Below, piece by piece: positions 1 to 11,316 of a stretch of DNA of 64,000 nt. Origin of the DNA: Lingula anatina (taxonomy: Eukaryota; Animalia; Brachiopoda); assembly GCA_051362555.1 (NCBI GenBank), contig CM120640.1, positions 64,024,788 to 64,088,787 on the forward strand, written 5' to 3'. The translations under genes were made by a program, and so were the position numbers. Positions within the stretch are counted from its first letter, which is position 1, and each line of letters starts with the position of its first letter. The notes below the pieces were generated by a model, which did not search any database, was not told the origin of the DNA, and saw only the letters and a list, made by a program, of their open reading frames with translations.

Positions 1-459
1 AGAGATTTGTATGAGTATAAACTTTTATCAGAAGTCAGAGAAGTCATCTTACATGTAGACAACGCAGCTCAGTTTGACAGCTAAGCACGCTCTGTTCTCC
101 AGTGGCTCGATTGTCGTCATCGGACCACGTGACCACGTAGCTCATTAACTCCCATGCCGAGCAAATAGGACGTTTTTTAAAGCCAAAAATTTACAAAATG
201 AGCTTTTAATTTGTGTATTTGGATAAAGATATCGTTAGTTGGGCATGTTTTCTGAAGAATATGTCCCGTTCAGGCCATTCTGACGGCATGAAGCAAACCC
301 TTTAATAGTAGGGGAGCCAAACTCCAAAAGCCTTCAAAAAAGGGTAGTAAAAAAAATTTAATGATATAAAATTTTCGAACATATCGTTGGAGAGCCTGAT
401 ACCTGGGGTTTATGAATCTGCTTATTGGACAAATGGGCTCAATTGCGAAAGTGCCCAAA

Positions 460-1935
460 AATCCAAGATGGCCGCCAGCAATGGTGAATACAGAGAACAA
501 GCATCAATTATGAAAAATGGTTGATATTTTCAGTTTCTTTAGGTTTAGATGTTTGTGTTGTCCATATGTTGTGGAAATATGTACTCTCTGGTGATCAATA
601 GCTAAATTTAGTCAATTGGATTCAAAATGGCCGCTTTATCCAAGATGGCGGCCAATTTTTCACCATTTTTTGCAATTAAATAATGTTTGCTTTCATTTTG
701 TATTATATTCAATTATTATTAAAGCAAACTGTTATCAAATATAGGTTGTCTACAATATTTCCTGCATTTCAAGTATCTGTTTACAGAATGATGGCTTGAT
801 GGATAAGAGAAAAATCCAAGATGGCCGCCAGCCATGGTGAATACACAGAATAAGCATCAATTATGAAAAGTGATTAATATTTTTTTTTTGCTGAAGTCTA
901 CATTACTTTTATTGTGTATATATTGTGGAAATATGCACTTCCTGGTGATCTGTAGCAATAATTTGACAACTGGGTCCAAAATGGCCTCATCATCCAAGAT
1001 GGCGGACAATATTTCACTATTTTTTGCAATTAAGTCATGTTTTCTTCAATCTAGAATTTCTTTTAAGAGTGATATAAGAAAAAACTGTCATAACATATAG
1101 CTTTTTTATAATATTTCACACATTTCTGTTGTCTGCATGCACTATGTAGGCTTTTTGATTAAGAGAAAAATCCAATATGGCTGCCACACACCCCTCACCA
1201 TAATGAGTCAGAAGCACAATGTATATCTTTTTGAAAGTTGAAATACCTTATTAAATGAAGTATATTTTATTTTTATTTTACAATATGCAGGTAAAGAACA
1301 ATTGCTTTAAATATTTCAAGGTAAATTTGAGATGGTGTCTTGACCCAAGATGGCTGCTTTATTCAAGATGGCGGCCAAAAATTTGGCAATTTTTGCAGTT
1401 AGGTCATGTTTTATTTAATCTAGAATTACTTTCAATCTTGATAAAAGCAACACACCATCAAATATAAGTTATGTACAGTATGACCTGTATTTCCTCTCTC
1501 TGTACAGTATTAATCTTTATAGTTAGAAAAAAATCCAACATGGCCACCATGCATGTCGACCGTTATGGCCCAAAGGTGCGCACAGCATGCACCTTATTTG
1601 CAAGATCAAATATCTTCTTCAATGAAGTATATTCCATGTTTCCTTTGCAATTTATTGGTAAAGGACAATTGCTTATTTTTTAATGTAAAGCTGAGACCAT
1701 ATCTTTTTTCAAAATGGCTTATTTATCCAAGATGGCTGCCTTTATTTTACCATTTTCGCAACTGAGGCACTTGTTCTATAATCTAGAAATTATTTCAAAC
1801 ATGGTAAAAGCAATATTTTAAGAAATATAAATTCTCCTAAATATCTCATACATTTTAATATTTGTAAAGAATATGATTAAGCCTTTTTCATTAGAGAAAA
1901 ATCCAATTTGGCTGCCATATACCCCTTACCATTAC
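460..1935 (+). repeat. Left subterminal array of ~360-bp degenerate repeats carrying CCAAGATGGCNGCC motifs
   Basis: AAAATCCAA(G/T/C)ATGGC recurs at ~463, 815, 1172, 1535 and 1903 (spacing 352-368 bp), with paired AAAATGG/AAGATGG motifs midway (~625/640, 976/994, 1345/1363, 1710/1727). Confidence 0.8.
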
Positions 1936-4037
1936 AAATCAATGGTACCATGTGTACTTTACTGATAGTTGAAATCTGTTATTTAATGTATATTTTTCAG
2001 GTGGTACTGATATAGATTTTATAGATGACATCAAAGACTTGTCATCCCAGATGTCATGTAATGAACTTTTCTTTATATATGGATTGAATGTCATAAAATG
2101 TAGGATGCTTAATTCAAGTTTGGGCTTGAAATAGGACATTACGATTTCGACTAACTTAGTGGATAATGCAATCTAAAGATTCTACACTTCATGCCAGATT
2201 TACATAAGGTCGCACAAAGAAAACCCAAGTCCACATAATGACCAGTTAAAGGATTTATTCGTTGATGTTTCTAAGTCTCCAAATCCTAACTTCTTGAAAA
2301 CATGTCTGCTCCGTTTTTCCCAATCTCCTCTCCTCTTCTTCTTTTCTCTCCCAATGATATAAATTCTCATTGCTTATATACCAATTTCTTATCTTATGTA
2401 GATCTAAACATTAATTTCCTATAATTGTATAGTTAAATTTTTCACATGAGCATAATACAAAGAGGCCGGCACAAAACTCCAAAGCTGTTGGACCACATCA
2501 GGTTACATCATGAGACTTCATAAAATATATTTTTTATCTTAATGCCGGACATGACAGGCATGTATGTTACTATAATGTTGCCATGCAGCATTACTTTTAA
2601 CTTAACAATTAATATTAAGTTGGGTTTATTTAGATGATGTGGACCTTTAAAACTTGATTTCAGAGGTAAAACAGGATTACAAACAGATTTCAAAATATGT
2701 GATAATTATCCTTCACACAACAGGCATATATTCATTTTTCATAACATCTCTGCTCATCCATCATTCCTGACAAGCTCTCTCCAACTGTAACATGTTTCTA
2801 TACCTATGGATGCTGTCCTGATAGTTATCTTTTGGAATAAGACTTTGAGAAGCTGCTGGCCATACCAAACTAACCACGTTATAAGCAGTTTTGAATTTCT
2901 CTGCGGGGGCATGCCTTTTTTGTCCATAAAAATGAGTTGCTATTAGATGTGCACCTGAATATGTAGGGACACTACATTGATCAATACTTCTTCCCTGTAT
3001 CTAGCACTGTTAAAGGGTCATGGAATAAGAACCAAGGACAATCTGTGGTCATGGGTGTATCCATCTCTTAACATTATGAATCCTCCACCACCCTGCTGCC
3101 TTGGAAGGATACAATATTTTCCACAGGTTTCACCAGCTCAAATCAGCATAGTAGATACAGGGACAAGATCCACGTCAAAATAATGCTTATCGAGTACCTT
3201 ATGTTATGGTTCCTTCAGTTCATTGCCCAATGGGTGAAAAACCTTTTTGTGCTTGGTGATCAGATTTTCTTTTCCCAAAGGAGAGTGGAGACTAAAGGAT
3301 CCGACGCGTCTAAGATTCCTCCTGAGGAAACATGGTGTTACAGTGGATTGGAGAATTGGAGCATTTAGTACTTGGGTATTTCATTAAGCATATTGGTAAA
3401 GAGGTCATGGGTATATTCCTCAGAACCTAGCCATACACATTTCAGGTTGCAAAAATTGGAAGGTTTCTTCCAATTCATACATTGATCTTTGTCTTACATA
3501 TTACATAAAGCACTTATGGTCCACATGGATGTGGTTTGAGTACAGTTTATGAGCTTACCGGGCGTAGTTTCTTTAACTCTCCTTATAAGCATGGGAAGTG
3601 CAAATGCTTGGCATTTTGTAATCTTTTCCAGCATGGAGGAGAATGTCACCACCTTACAGTTACATGGTATTATGGAAGAGGCGCACATGATTTTTGTACA
3701 GCTATATGGATTTTTGGGTCTTAAGATATGACCAAAGGCCCTGCATATTTGCTTCTTGCAAAGCAGATCTTAGGTTTCTCCTCCCAACTGAGGATGCTCT
3801 TCATTTCTATACCTTATGAGCTTTACCCTTACCAAAATATCAGGTCAGTTGCAAATTTACTGCTTTATTGCTGCAAATCTTCTGCAAATTGCAATTCCTT
3901 CTTTCCAATTTGCTGCAATATTCTGCAAATCAGCAGCAATAAAATTAATGATGACTTAATGATGTGGGACATTATAAACTGCTAAACAGCAAAATGCATA
4001 GTTGTGGCCACCATCTGTATTCCCAAAAATAAATTGC

Positions 4038-4430
4038 AACTAGAAAAGCACCTCGAGAGCGCAGACCTCTGTCAAGGCAGCAAAGTCTCCACCCAATGCT
4101 GTTTCACCCCTAAATTTTCATTCTATAATGATCTAGTTTTTTCATTATTGATTGATTATTGATCTGGATCACCACCAAAAACTTATAATCTGTTCCTTGG
4201 CCCACTTCTGGCAGCTTCTGAATATTTCATCAAAATTGGTCCATAACTTGATTTTTTTATTTTTGATTATTGATTGATTATTGATCCAGGTCACTTCTAA
4301 GTTAACCCATTTCTGACCTACCCTGAAAATTCTATCGAAATTCATGCATAACTTTCTGAGTCATGTTGATGACAAACAAACAAAAAACAAACAAGCAGGG
4401 GTAAAAACATAACCTCCTTGGCGGAGGTAA
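4038..4430 (+). mobile_element. Non-autonomous Helentron/Helitron-like element (HINE-type) nested in the Academ element
   Basis: 5' AACTAGAAAAGCAC...ACCTCTGTCAAGG (4065-4077) is an inverted partner of 3' CCTTGGCGGAGGT. Terminal hairpin ACCTCC-TTGGC-GGAGGT (4412-4428), preceded by an (AAAC)n microsatellite. Confidence 0.6.
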
Positions 4431-4779
4431 CTAAAACACCAATGTAATAAATGAAACTAGTATCTATTGCATAGTTAAATAAATGTTGTTTGAAGTTTCA
4501 ATAAAATATGAGTTAAGCTTTGATTCCATGAAGTGAAATTTGCATGGAATTGGAATTATTATTGTACAAAACCTTTGAGCTTCTTTTTGATAAACAAATA
4601 AATAGATAATGATGTTATTCTAGACATGTAATTTGACAACATAGTTGTTAGGCTAAAAATACAATGGTCCAAGAACATGCATATGAATGTGAAGAAACTT
4701 GTAAATAATTTACTATGAATAAACATGCCATCTTAAATTTATCTGCAAAAAGTGAAAAAATTCTCATATACCCATATAT

Positions 4780-5975
4780 TGTAAAATAAAAATGAAATGT
4801 ACTTCATCAAAGGAGATATTTCAACTTTTTATGAGATACGTCACTTTGTTTCATATGAGGGTAATGATAAGGGATTTATGGTGGCCATTTTGGGTATTTC
4901 TATAAGCATAAAGCCTTCTTTCTGTATAAAGATAGTAAAAATGCAGGAAGTTAGGGTAGAGCATCTATGTTTGATTAAATTTTGCTTCTAGAAGATTGAA
5001 AAAAATTCTGACAAAAAGAAAAGGGATTAAATTGCAAAATTGGTCAAATTTTGGCTGCCATATTGGATAGAGTGGCCATATTTGATTAATAGGTAGTGTA
5101 TAATTAAACATCATAAAATAAAAAACAAGTGTACTTTACCAAATGTTTTAAAATGAAAGTATAAGATACTTCATTGAATGAGATATACCAACTTTTGATA
5201 TGATATGTTTCGCCTTTGACTCATATTGGTAAGGGGTGTATGGCAGCCATATTAGATTTTTCTCTAATCATCTAACTTTAATTATGCATTCAGATAGCAA
5301 AAATGCACACAGTATTGGAGAAATTCTATATTTGATAAAATTTAGCTTTTTCCATGATTGAAAGTACTTCTAGATTACAGAAACCATGACTTCATTGCAA
5401 AAACTTGTGAAAATTTGGCCGCCATCTTGGATAAAGTTGCCATCTTGGATTGAAATAGCTCTTTGAATATACCTCTAAAATACTGAAGCAATTCCCCTTC
5501 ACCCAAAAATTGTTAAATAGAAATAGCATTTGCTTCATTAAAGTAGATATTTGAACTTTTCTATAAAAGACAGGTAGTACCCTTGACTCATAATGGTAAA
5601 GGGTGCATGGCGGCCATATTGGATTTTTTTGTATTCACAAAACCTCTATATTACACATAGATGGTACAAATGCAGAAAATAGTAGAGGCAATCTTTATTT
5701 GATAAATGTTTGCTCATATCATGATTGAAAGAAATTGTAGATCAATGAAAAGAGGATTTAATTGCAAAAAATTTTGAAATATTGGCCGCCATCTTGGATA
5801 GAACGGCCATTTTGAATCAAATTGACCAATTTCTGCTACAGATCACCAGATAGTACATATTTCCACAATATATGGACAATAAAAATATCTACCCTGAAAC
5901 TAAATGAAAATATCAACCATTTTTCATAATTTATCCATTTATTGCATATTCCTTAGGGGTGGCGGCCATCTTGGA
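4780..5975 (-). repeat. Right subterminal array (inverted copy of the same ~360-bp unit)
   Basis: GGC(G/A/T)GCCAT(C/A/T)TTGG at ~4880, 5053, 5242, 5417, 5609, 5784 and 5961, oriented opposite to the left array. Confidence 0.75.
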
Positions 5976-6367
5976 TTTTTGGGCACTTTCGCAATTGAGC
6001 CCATTTGTCCAATAAGCAGATTCATAAACCCCAGATATCAGGCTCTCCGACCATATATTCGAAAATTTTATATCATAAAAATTTTTTTTCACCCTAATTT
6101 TTTGCCTTGGCTCCCCTACTATAACATTCACTAAAACCTTTGTAAGATGATTCTTCGAGCTGATGACCATTTTGCAGCGCAAAATGCTTAAACCGATTTG
6201 GAAATAGTATAGGATAAAATATATCAAGGACGAAACATCTGTAGCGATCTAGAAATTGAAGAAAAATCAAGATTTTTTTCCATATCTGCATTTTTTGTAA
6301 TTGACATTTTACACTTAAAGTAGCCTTTGGTGTTGGGTTGTAGACCAAAAACAAACAAACCACTAAC

Positions 6368-9300
6368 CCTGACATCTCCAACTCTCAGCCAGGTCCACCA
6401 GCTGTATTTTGGGACAAATATGTGGTCGTACAATTTGTTTAGAGACGATGAAGACAAAGGATTCTCCCCACAGAAGGTGCATTCTCCAATCCTCTTCAGA
6501 TACGGCGAGACGTACAGCCGGCTGACAAAATTGTACGTGTCAGTTAAAGCCCCGGTAATATTGTTAGCAGGGATGGCTGGATTAGCGTTAAAGTCACCAA
6601 TTAATATGCTTTTAACGTAACCTGTCCTGGCAACTTTAAGCAAAGATTGTATCTCAAAGAGGCTCTGCTCCTTGAAGCTCGTGAAGGGGCCAACTTTGAA
6701 ATAAGAGGAAGAAAGAATTAATGTAATTTAGCAGTATTTCTGTGTCATTTAATTTTTTTAAATACTTTTATACATAGTAACAAATATGATTCCAGTAAAA
6801 TGCCTGACTATAACTTGATATAAGAAAAGAACGACCATTGTATATTTACATGTACTTATACAGGTCTTCGTTAGTCAGCTACAAAAAATAAATAAATAAA
6901 TAAAATAAATAAATAAATAGATAAATAGATAAAAAAAAATAGAACAAACCTTCAAGGTAAATGTCTTTGCTCAGCTCAGAGACCAAGTGTGTGCAAAACA
7001 CGTGGTAACCTTCTACCTAGAATTAATAAAAACAGACTTAAAATGATTTACTGAAGACCTCTGTAGCTCAGTTAGTAATGAGGGAAATTTAATTACTTGT
7101 TTTACCCTTCTCTGTGTTAATATGTTCTTTGCAGATAAAAATTAAACGTCATCCAGTCAGTTCGTGAAATAATAAGTGTTCTACTTATGAACAATACGAA
7201 TGGTTGGATAATCAACCGAAATACGATCGGACACAGATATATCAAGCCATTTCCGTCTGCATTAGAAAGAGATTTAAAAACTTTAACACAAACCTTAGCT
7301 TTGATATATCCTCTCGGTACTATCAAGGAATTTCTCCCGTGGTAATTTACTACTTCAGGGTCAACCAAAGGTTTTTTACTGAGGAGCAACAATCCAAAGG
7401 TTGTCGGATAAGGAGTAGCAAGACAAGTCTGAATCCTGGCTTGGAAAGCAGATAAGGTCAAGCTGGCCACTTGGGACGATGCAAAAATACGATTGAGACA
7501 CGAAAAGCAGTCCTGCGAGAGAGAATCAAAAACTTCCCTGCACGTCGTTAGGGCACACATGACGTTCTGTAATCCACTCAAAGTTGAGCAGTTGGTCAAT
7601 AGACATTGAACTACATTTGAAACAAGTGAAATATCGCAGGCAGGAGTTGATGAAGCGTTAGAAAGAACACCGTCCGAAATGTGCAATGTGCTGTAGGAGT
7701 AAGGAAACTGCGACACGGCGGCATTAACGATGGCGCGTAAGTCGTCTGCTTCCCAAACTTCTTGTAGACAGACGACATCGCCAGGAATGTTTCCGTTGGT
7801 TACTGTGTCCAGGAATGCATCTCGGCGGTTTTCATACCTATTTAATTGAAAAATAGTGTATTATTTTTGACTCAGAAACAGAAACTTCAAATCTAATCAT
7901 GCGATATCAAATAAGAGGTAGAAATCAATCTACATGTATATAGTTTATGCTGGACTTAAGATTACATTTGCCATGCGAATGTCCGTACGGCACCCACATA
8001 CTGCCCATGAATCCCTTTTCGTCTGTGCGGAGAAAGACGGTGGCCATGCAAAATCGTGGGAAATCGAACTGATTCACGGTCTCCGTAGCCTCTACGGTTT
8101 ATTCAAGCTAAAAATTTTGACAAATTTTTGCCATCGTAAGTCCGGATCTGTAGGCAATAGCTTTATTGTAAATGACATTAGGCCTAATTCCACAGCATTA
8201 TTGTAAATGACATTAGGCCTAAGTCCACAGCATTGTACGGTGATAATGGTTGAACTGTTGTTGGTCTCTTTTCCCTCCCATCTTTGGTGGTTTGGTAGGC
8301 ATAGCGATATTGGAGATGTTTAAAACTTACGTATTTCAGTTAAGTATAATTCATTTCATCTGAAAAAAAGGGTGAAAAAATCGCATGGCAAAATTAATCT
8401 AGGCTTTAGTCTTTTCCATGATATGCTACTACATATACCAAGTTTGAACGGTTCCCTGTCTTGATCAGTTCAGAATCCTATGCTGGAAATACCAAACAAG
8501 CCCTTCAAACAAAATAAATCAACACAGAAGACCCAGCAAAAACAAAATACTGGCTTATTTCCCTGTTGAAGGTGTACCAATTGCAAAGTCGGATCGTCAC
8601 TTCGTAATGTTAATTTTTTGTCTATTAATTAAAAAAAATTCCTTCTTTTTTTCATCAAATAATATTTAATAAAAATATTTTTTTTATTATAAACAGAAAC
8701 TTATCTCTAGAAGTGGTAATATGACACATGAGATATACATATACTCATATTAATTAATTCCTAAGTGTTCTTGTAAATCACTTATTAACAGTATTTAACG
8801 TACTTGGGTACTTCAGAGACGTGCAGCCCAGTGTTAAAAGTAACAACTTCTAGTTCGGAGCGTTTCCAAAACCCCGGCAATCCCCATGGATTCCAGTAAG
8901 GACTGTGCGGGAATGCAGCAACACTGCAAAGAAGAAAAAATGTCGAGTGGCGTTCTCGACCACATAAACAAATAAAATGCAAATTACATGTAACAGCGGG
9001 TTCTTCCAAGGTATTCTGCTGCTGTCAAGGATACTAAGTACTATGGCAACTATTTGTTATTCGGAGTCATCAAGGTACATGTAATGTAGGCCTATCACCA
9101 GTCTGGTAAACGGCGGTTGAAATATTCCTGTGTGCCTGGTCCTTCTGACGACTTATCTTTTAATATTTAAATATTATCACTATTTTGACCATTTCCCTGT
9201 GGTCACAACCACCAGTCTTTGAATAGTTAATGGAAAATACCTTTTGTGTTTTTAATACAATTGCTGAGAAATAAAAAAAAATTCATTTACATGTTAGCTT

Positions 9301-9544
9301 TGTTGAAATGACAAGAAGTCTGAAAGTACAATGAATAAGTGAAACGTTGGCTTGCTACGAAATGAAAACGACAACAAATAGCCTTATTTGGTAATCTAAG
9401 CCATTTTAAATTACAAAGTCTATCATTTTGTTCTCTAATTGTGTAGAGGTTAATTTTTCATACTTACTATTTCAAACCGGTATAGGCGGTAAGAATGGCA
9501 CCAAAAATCACAAGCCTTGCAAAGGAAGGTCCACACATTTTCAT
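6368..9544 (-). CDS. Secreted EEP (endonuclease/exonuclease/phosphatase) family protein with Cys-rich insertion, paralogue 1 (last exon not in window)
   Basis: Exons 9544-9468 (MKMCGPSFARLVIFGAILTAYTG, signal-like), 8923-8804 (VVTFNTG), 7837-7294 (DVVCLQEVW, Cys-rich insert), 7016-6950 (FCTHL), 6693-6368 (IGDFN, YDHIF). All GT-AG and in frame. The SDH exon seen in the paralogues is not found between 1 and 6367. Confidence 0.85.
7949..8148. mobile_element. Degenerate MITE (possibly PIF/Harbinger-ISL2EU type) in EEP-1 intron 2
   Basis: CTGGACTTAAGAT near 7950 and ATCGTAAGTCCGG near 8133-8145 are imperfect inverted repeats around a GC-richer interior. Absent from the equivalent paralogue introns. 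Confidence 0.35.
8163..8232 (+). repeat. 35-bp tandem duplication
   Basis: TTATTGTAAATGACATTAGGCCTAA(T/G)TCCACAGCA occurs twice in tandem. Confidence 0.85.
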
Positions 9545-9838
9545 ATTTGTTGTAGACAGCAGCTTGCGTTAAACTAACATAAAGGATCAAGTCGTTTCCC
9601 TTATAGCATATAAGACCGTTTAAAAATAGATCTCTAATGACGTTCAGTCAACAGGGTTGGTATGTGGCCAATGTTGGTATCACCTTTGTATCTGTATGAT
9701 GCATCCTTATGATAGTTTCTTAAATCCATATTAATTCCAAACATTACTTCATTTTGTTTGTTTGTGGTGACGTGTGACCAGGATATCTAGACGATGAGGG
9801 TGACAGATGAAATGTACGACTAGAGACACACACGGAAT

Positions 9839-9873
<35 letters not shown>

Positions 9874-10561
9874 TTTGTTTGTTTCTTTGTTTTAATTCCT
9901 TATTTCCATCTTTTTTTAGTATTAGGCCGATGTAAGTCAACTCGATTTGCATGTAACTTTTAAAGATAATAAATTGCCCATTACACTACGCTTGACTTCT
10001 TCAAAACAAATTTTGTGTCTGAAAACACTGCTATTCTTTTAAAATATCCCAAAAAGCTTTAGACAGTCATTGTAATGAGGTTTTTATTGCTTCACCCTCT
10101 GTAAGTTTTCCATAAGAACAATAGTAGGAATAGTAAGAACACATTCTTTGACGTCAGGAAAGGCATGTAGCAACATATTGTGTAGCGCATCTGTTGGCGT
10201 GCACTGTAACTGGTATTTACACTGACTTCTTGGGTGTTGTCATTGGTCTTCAAAAAGGAAAAAAAAGATAAAGCGTCAAATAAGTCAGAAAAGAGACTAC
10301 TTGCTGTACGAGTACATAATGAGTATTTCCGTCCCCAAACTGCATACCGTTACTGTATACTGATAAATTCATTGATTGGGTTGACTGTAATCATTATGAT
10401 GTTAATACGCATACGCTGACATGTAAGCAGGATATGGATTTTTTTGGGAACAACATCCTTAGAATTCATTTAAACAAAACAGATAACGTAAGATATTATG
10501 CTCAGCTGTCGCAATCAGTTACTGTGTCCGTTTTAATAATATTGTGACCCTTTCGGATTAA

Positions 10562-10938
10562 AGGTACATACGAACCGAGCATCGGTGGAGCGTGGATTCC
10601 AAGTAACACATGTAAACCACTTCTTCTAGTTTTGTATACGACTCAAATAAATTTGACATGCCAAGGGAAAAACTGAATAGATCACTCGATCAGCCATGAA
10701 ATAGCTTTAGACTGTTCCTTTCTTTAAATTTTTGGTCGGAAATTTAACCTACTTTCGTGACCTACTTTTCTGCCCCATTGACACACAGCATAGAATGCTA
10801 GCAGAAAAATCCGTTCAAACATTATTTTTGGATAAAATTAAACAATTTCTTTTGGTAATTCTCTTAGTTATACTACTCTAAACTTTATGCTGGCATTTGG
10901 TCGCTTTTTGTGACAAAAAATTGACTTTGTGTGCATCT
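10562..10938. mobile_element. Kolobok-like MITE (TTAA target site)
   Basis: TTAA|AGGTACATAC (10558-10571) ... GTGTGCATCT|TTAA (10929-10942): TTAA flanks with AG...CT imperfect inverted termini. Confidence 0.45.
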
Positions 10939-11316
10939 TTAAGAAGAAGTAAAATTCGATATCTGTTTTTTTTTTCATACTTATATTTTTGGTGACAGTA
11001 ATTAATAATGAAATAGACAGTCCTTCTGTTACAAAATGTTTACTGTTTCGCCTTCAGCACCAAGATATACGCTATCCAAAACCCTTGAAAAAAGATCCAT
11101 AGATTCATCCACGTTCTGTATTTATTTATTTATTTATTTTAATTAGTTAGGAATGAAACTCAACCGTCTCTATCTTTGGTTAATGATATACTTTGGTAAC
11201 AGGAAATTCCGGAATAATTAAATTTTTGCTATGCTATGTGAAGGTCAAATGCTTATTGTGTGCCTTTAATAATCTTGAAAATCTTCGGTGAAAGAAAACG
11301 TGGACGAATAAAACTG

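Larger units (their letters stand above)
306..6121. mobile_element. Academ-superfamily DNA transposon, non-autonomous/degenerate
   Basis: Left end TAGTAGGGGAGCCAA (306) and right end TTGGCTCCCCTACTA (6121) are inverted repeats that continue imperfectly for several hundred bp (e.g. 380-478 mirrors 5961-6060). TAA flanks both sides (303-305, 6122-6124). TAG...CTA termini, long TIRs and a 3-bp TSD match Academ. No intact internal ORF. Confidence 0.8.

Noticed and set aside
460-1935. Regularly spaced short motifs resembling a CRISPR array
   Set aside because: The spacing is ~180-360 bp, the spacers are homologous to each other, the context is eukaryotic and there are no cas genes.
307-6120. Polinton/Maverick assignment from AGTAG...CTACT ends
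   Set aside because: No 6-bp TSD (TTTAAT vs ATAACA) and no polymerase or integrase remnants. TAG...CTA with a TAA duplication fits Academ better.
270-6134. Two ORFs (270..500 minus, 5904..6134 plus) with near-identical peptides GGHLGFLGTFAIEPICPISRFINPRYQAL
   Set aside because: They are translations of the two terminal inverted repeats of the Academ element, not duplicated genes.
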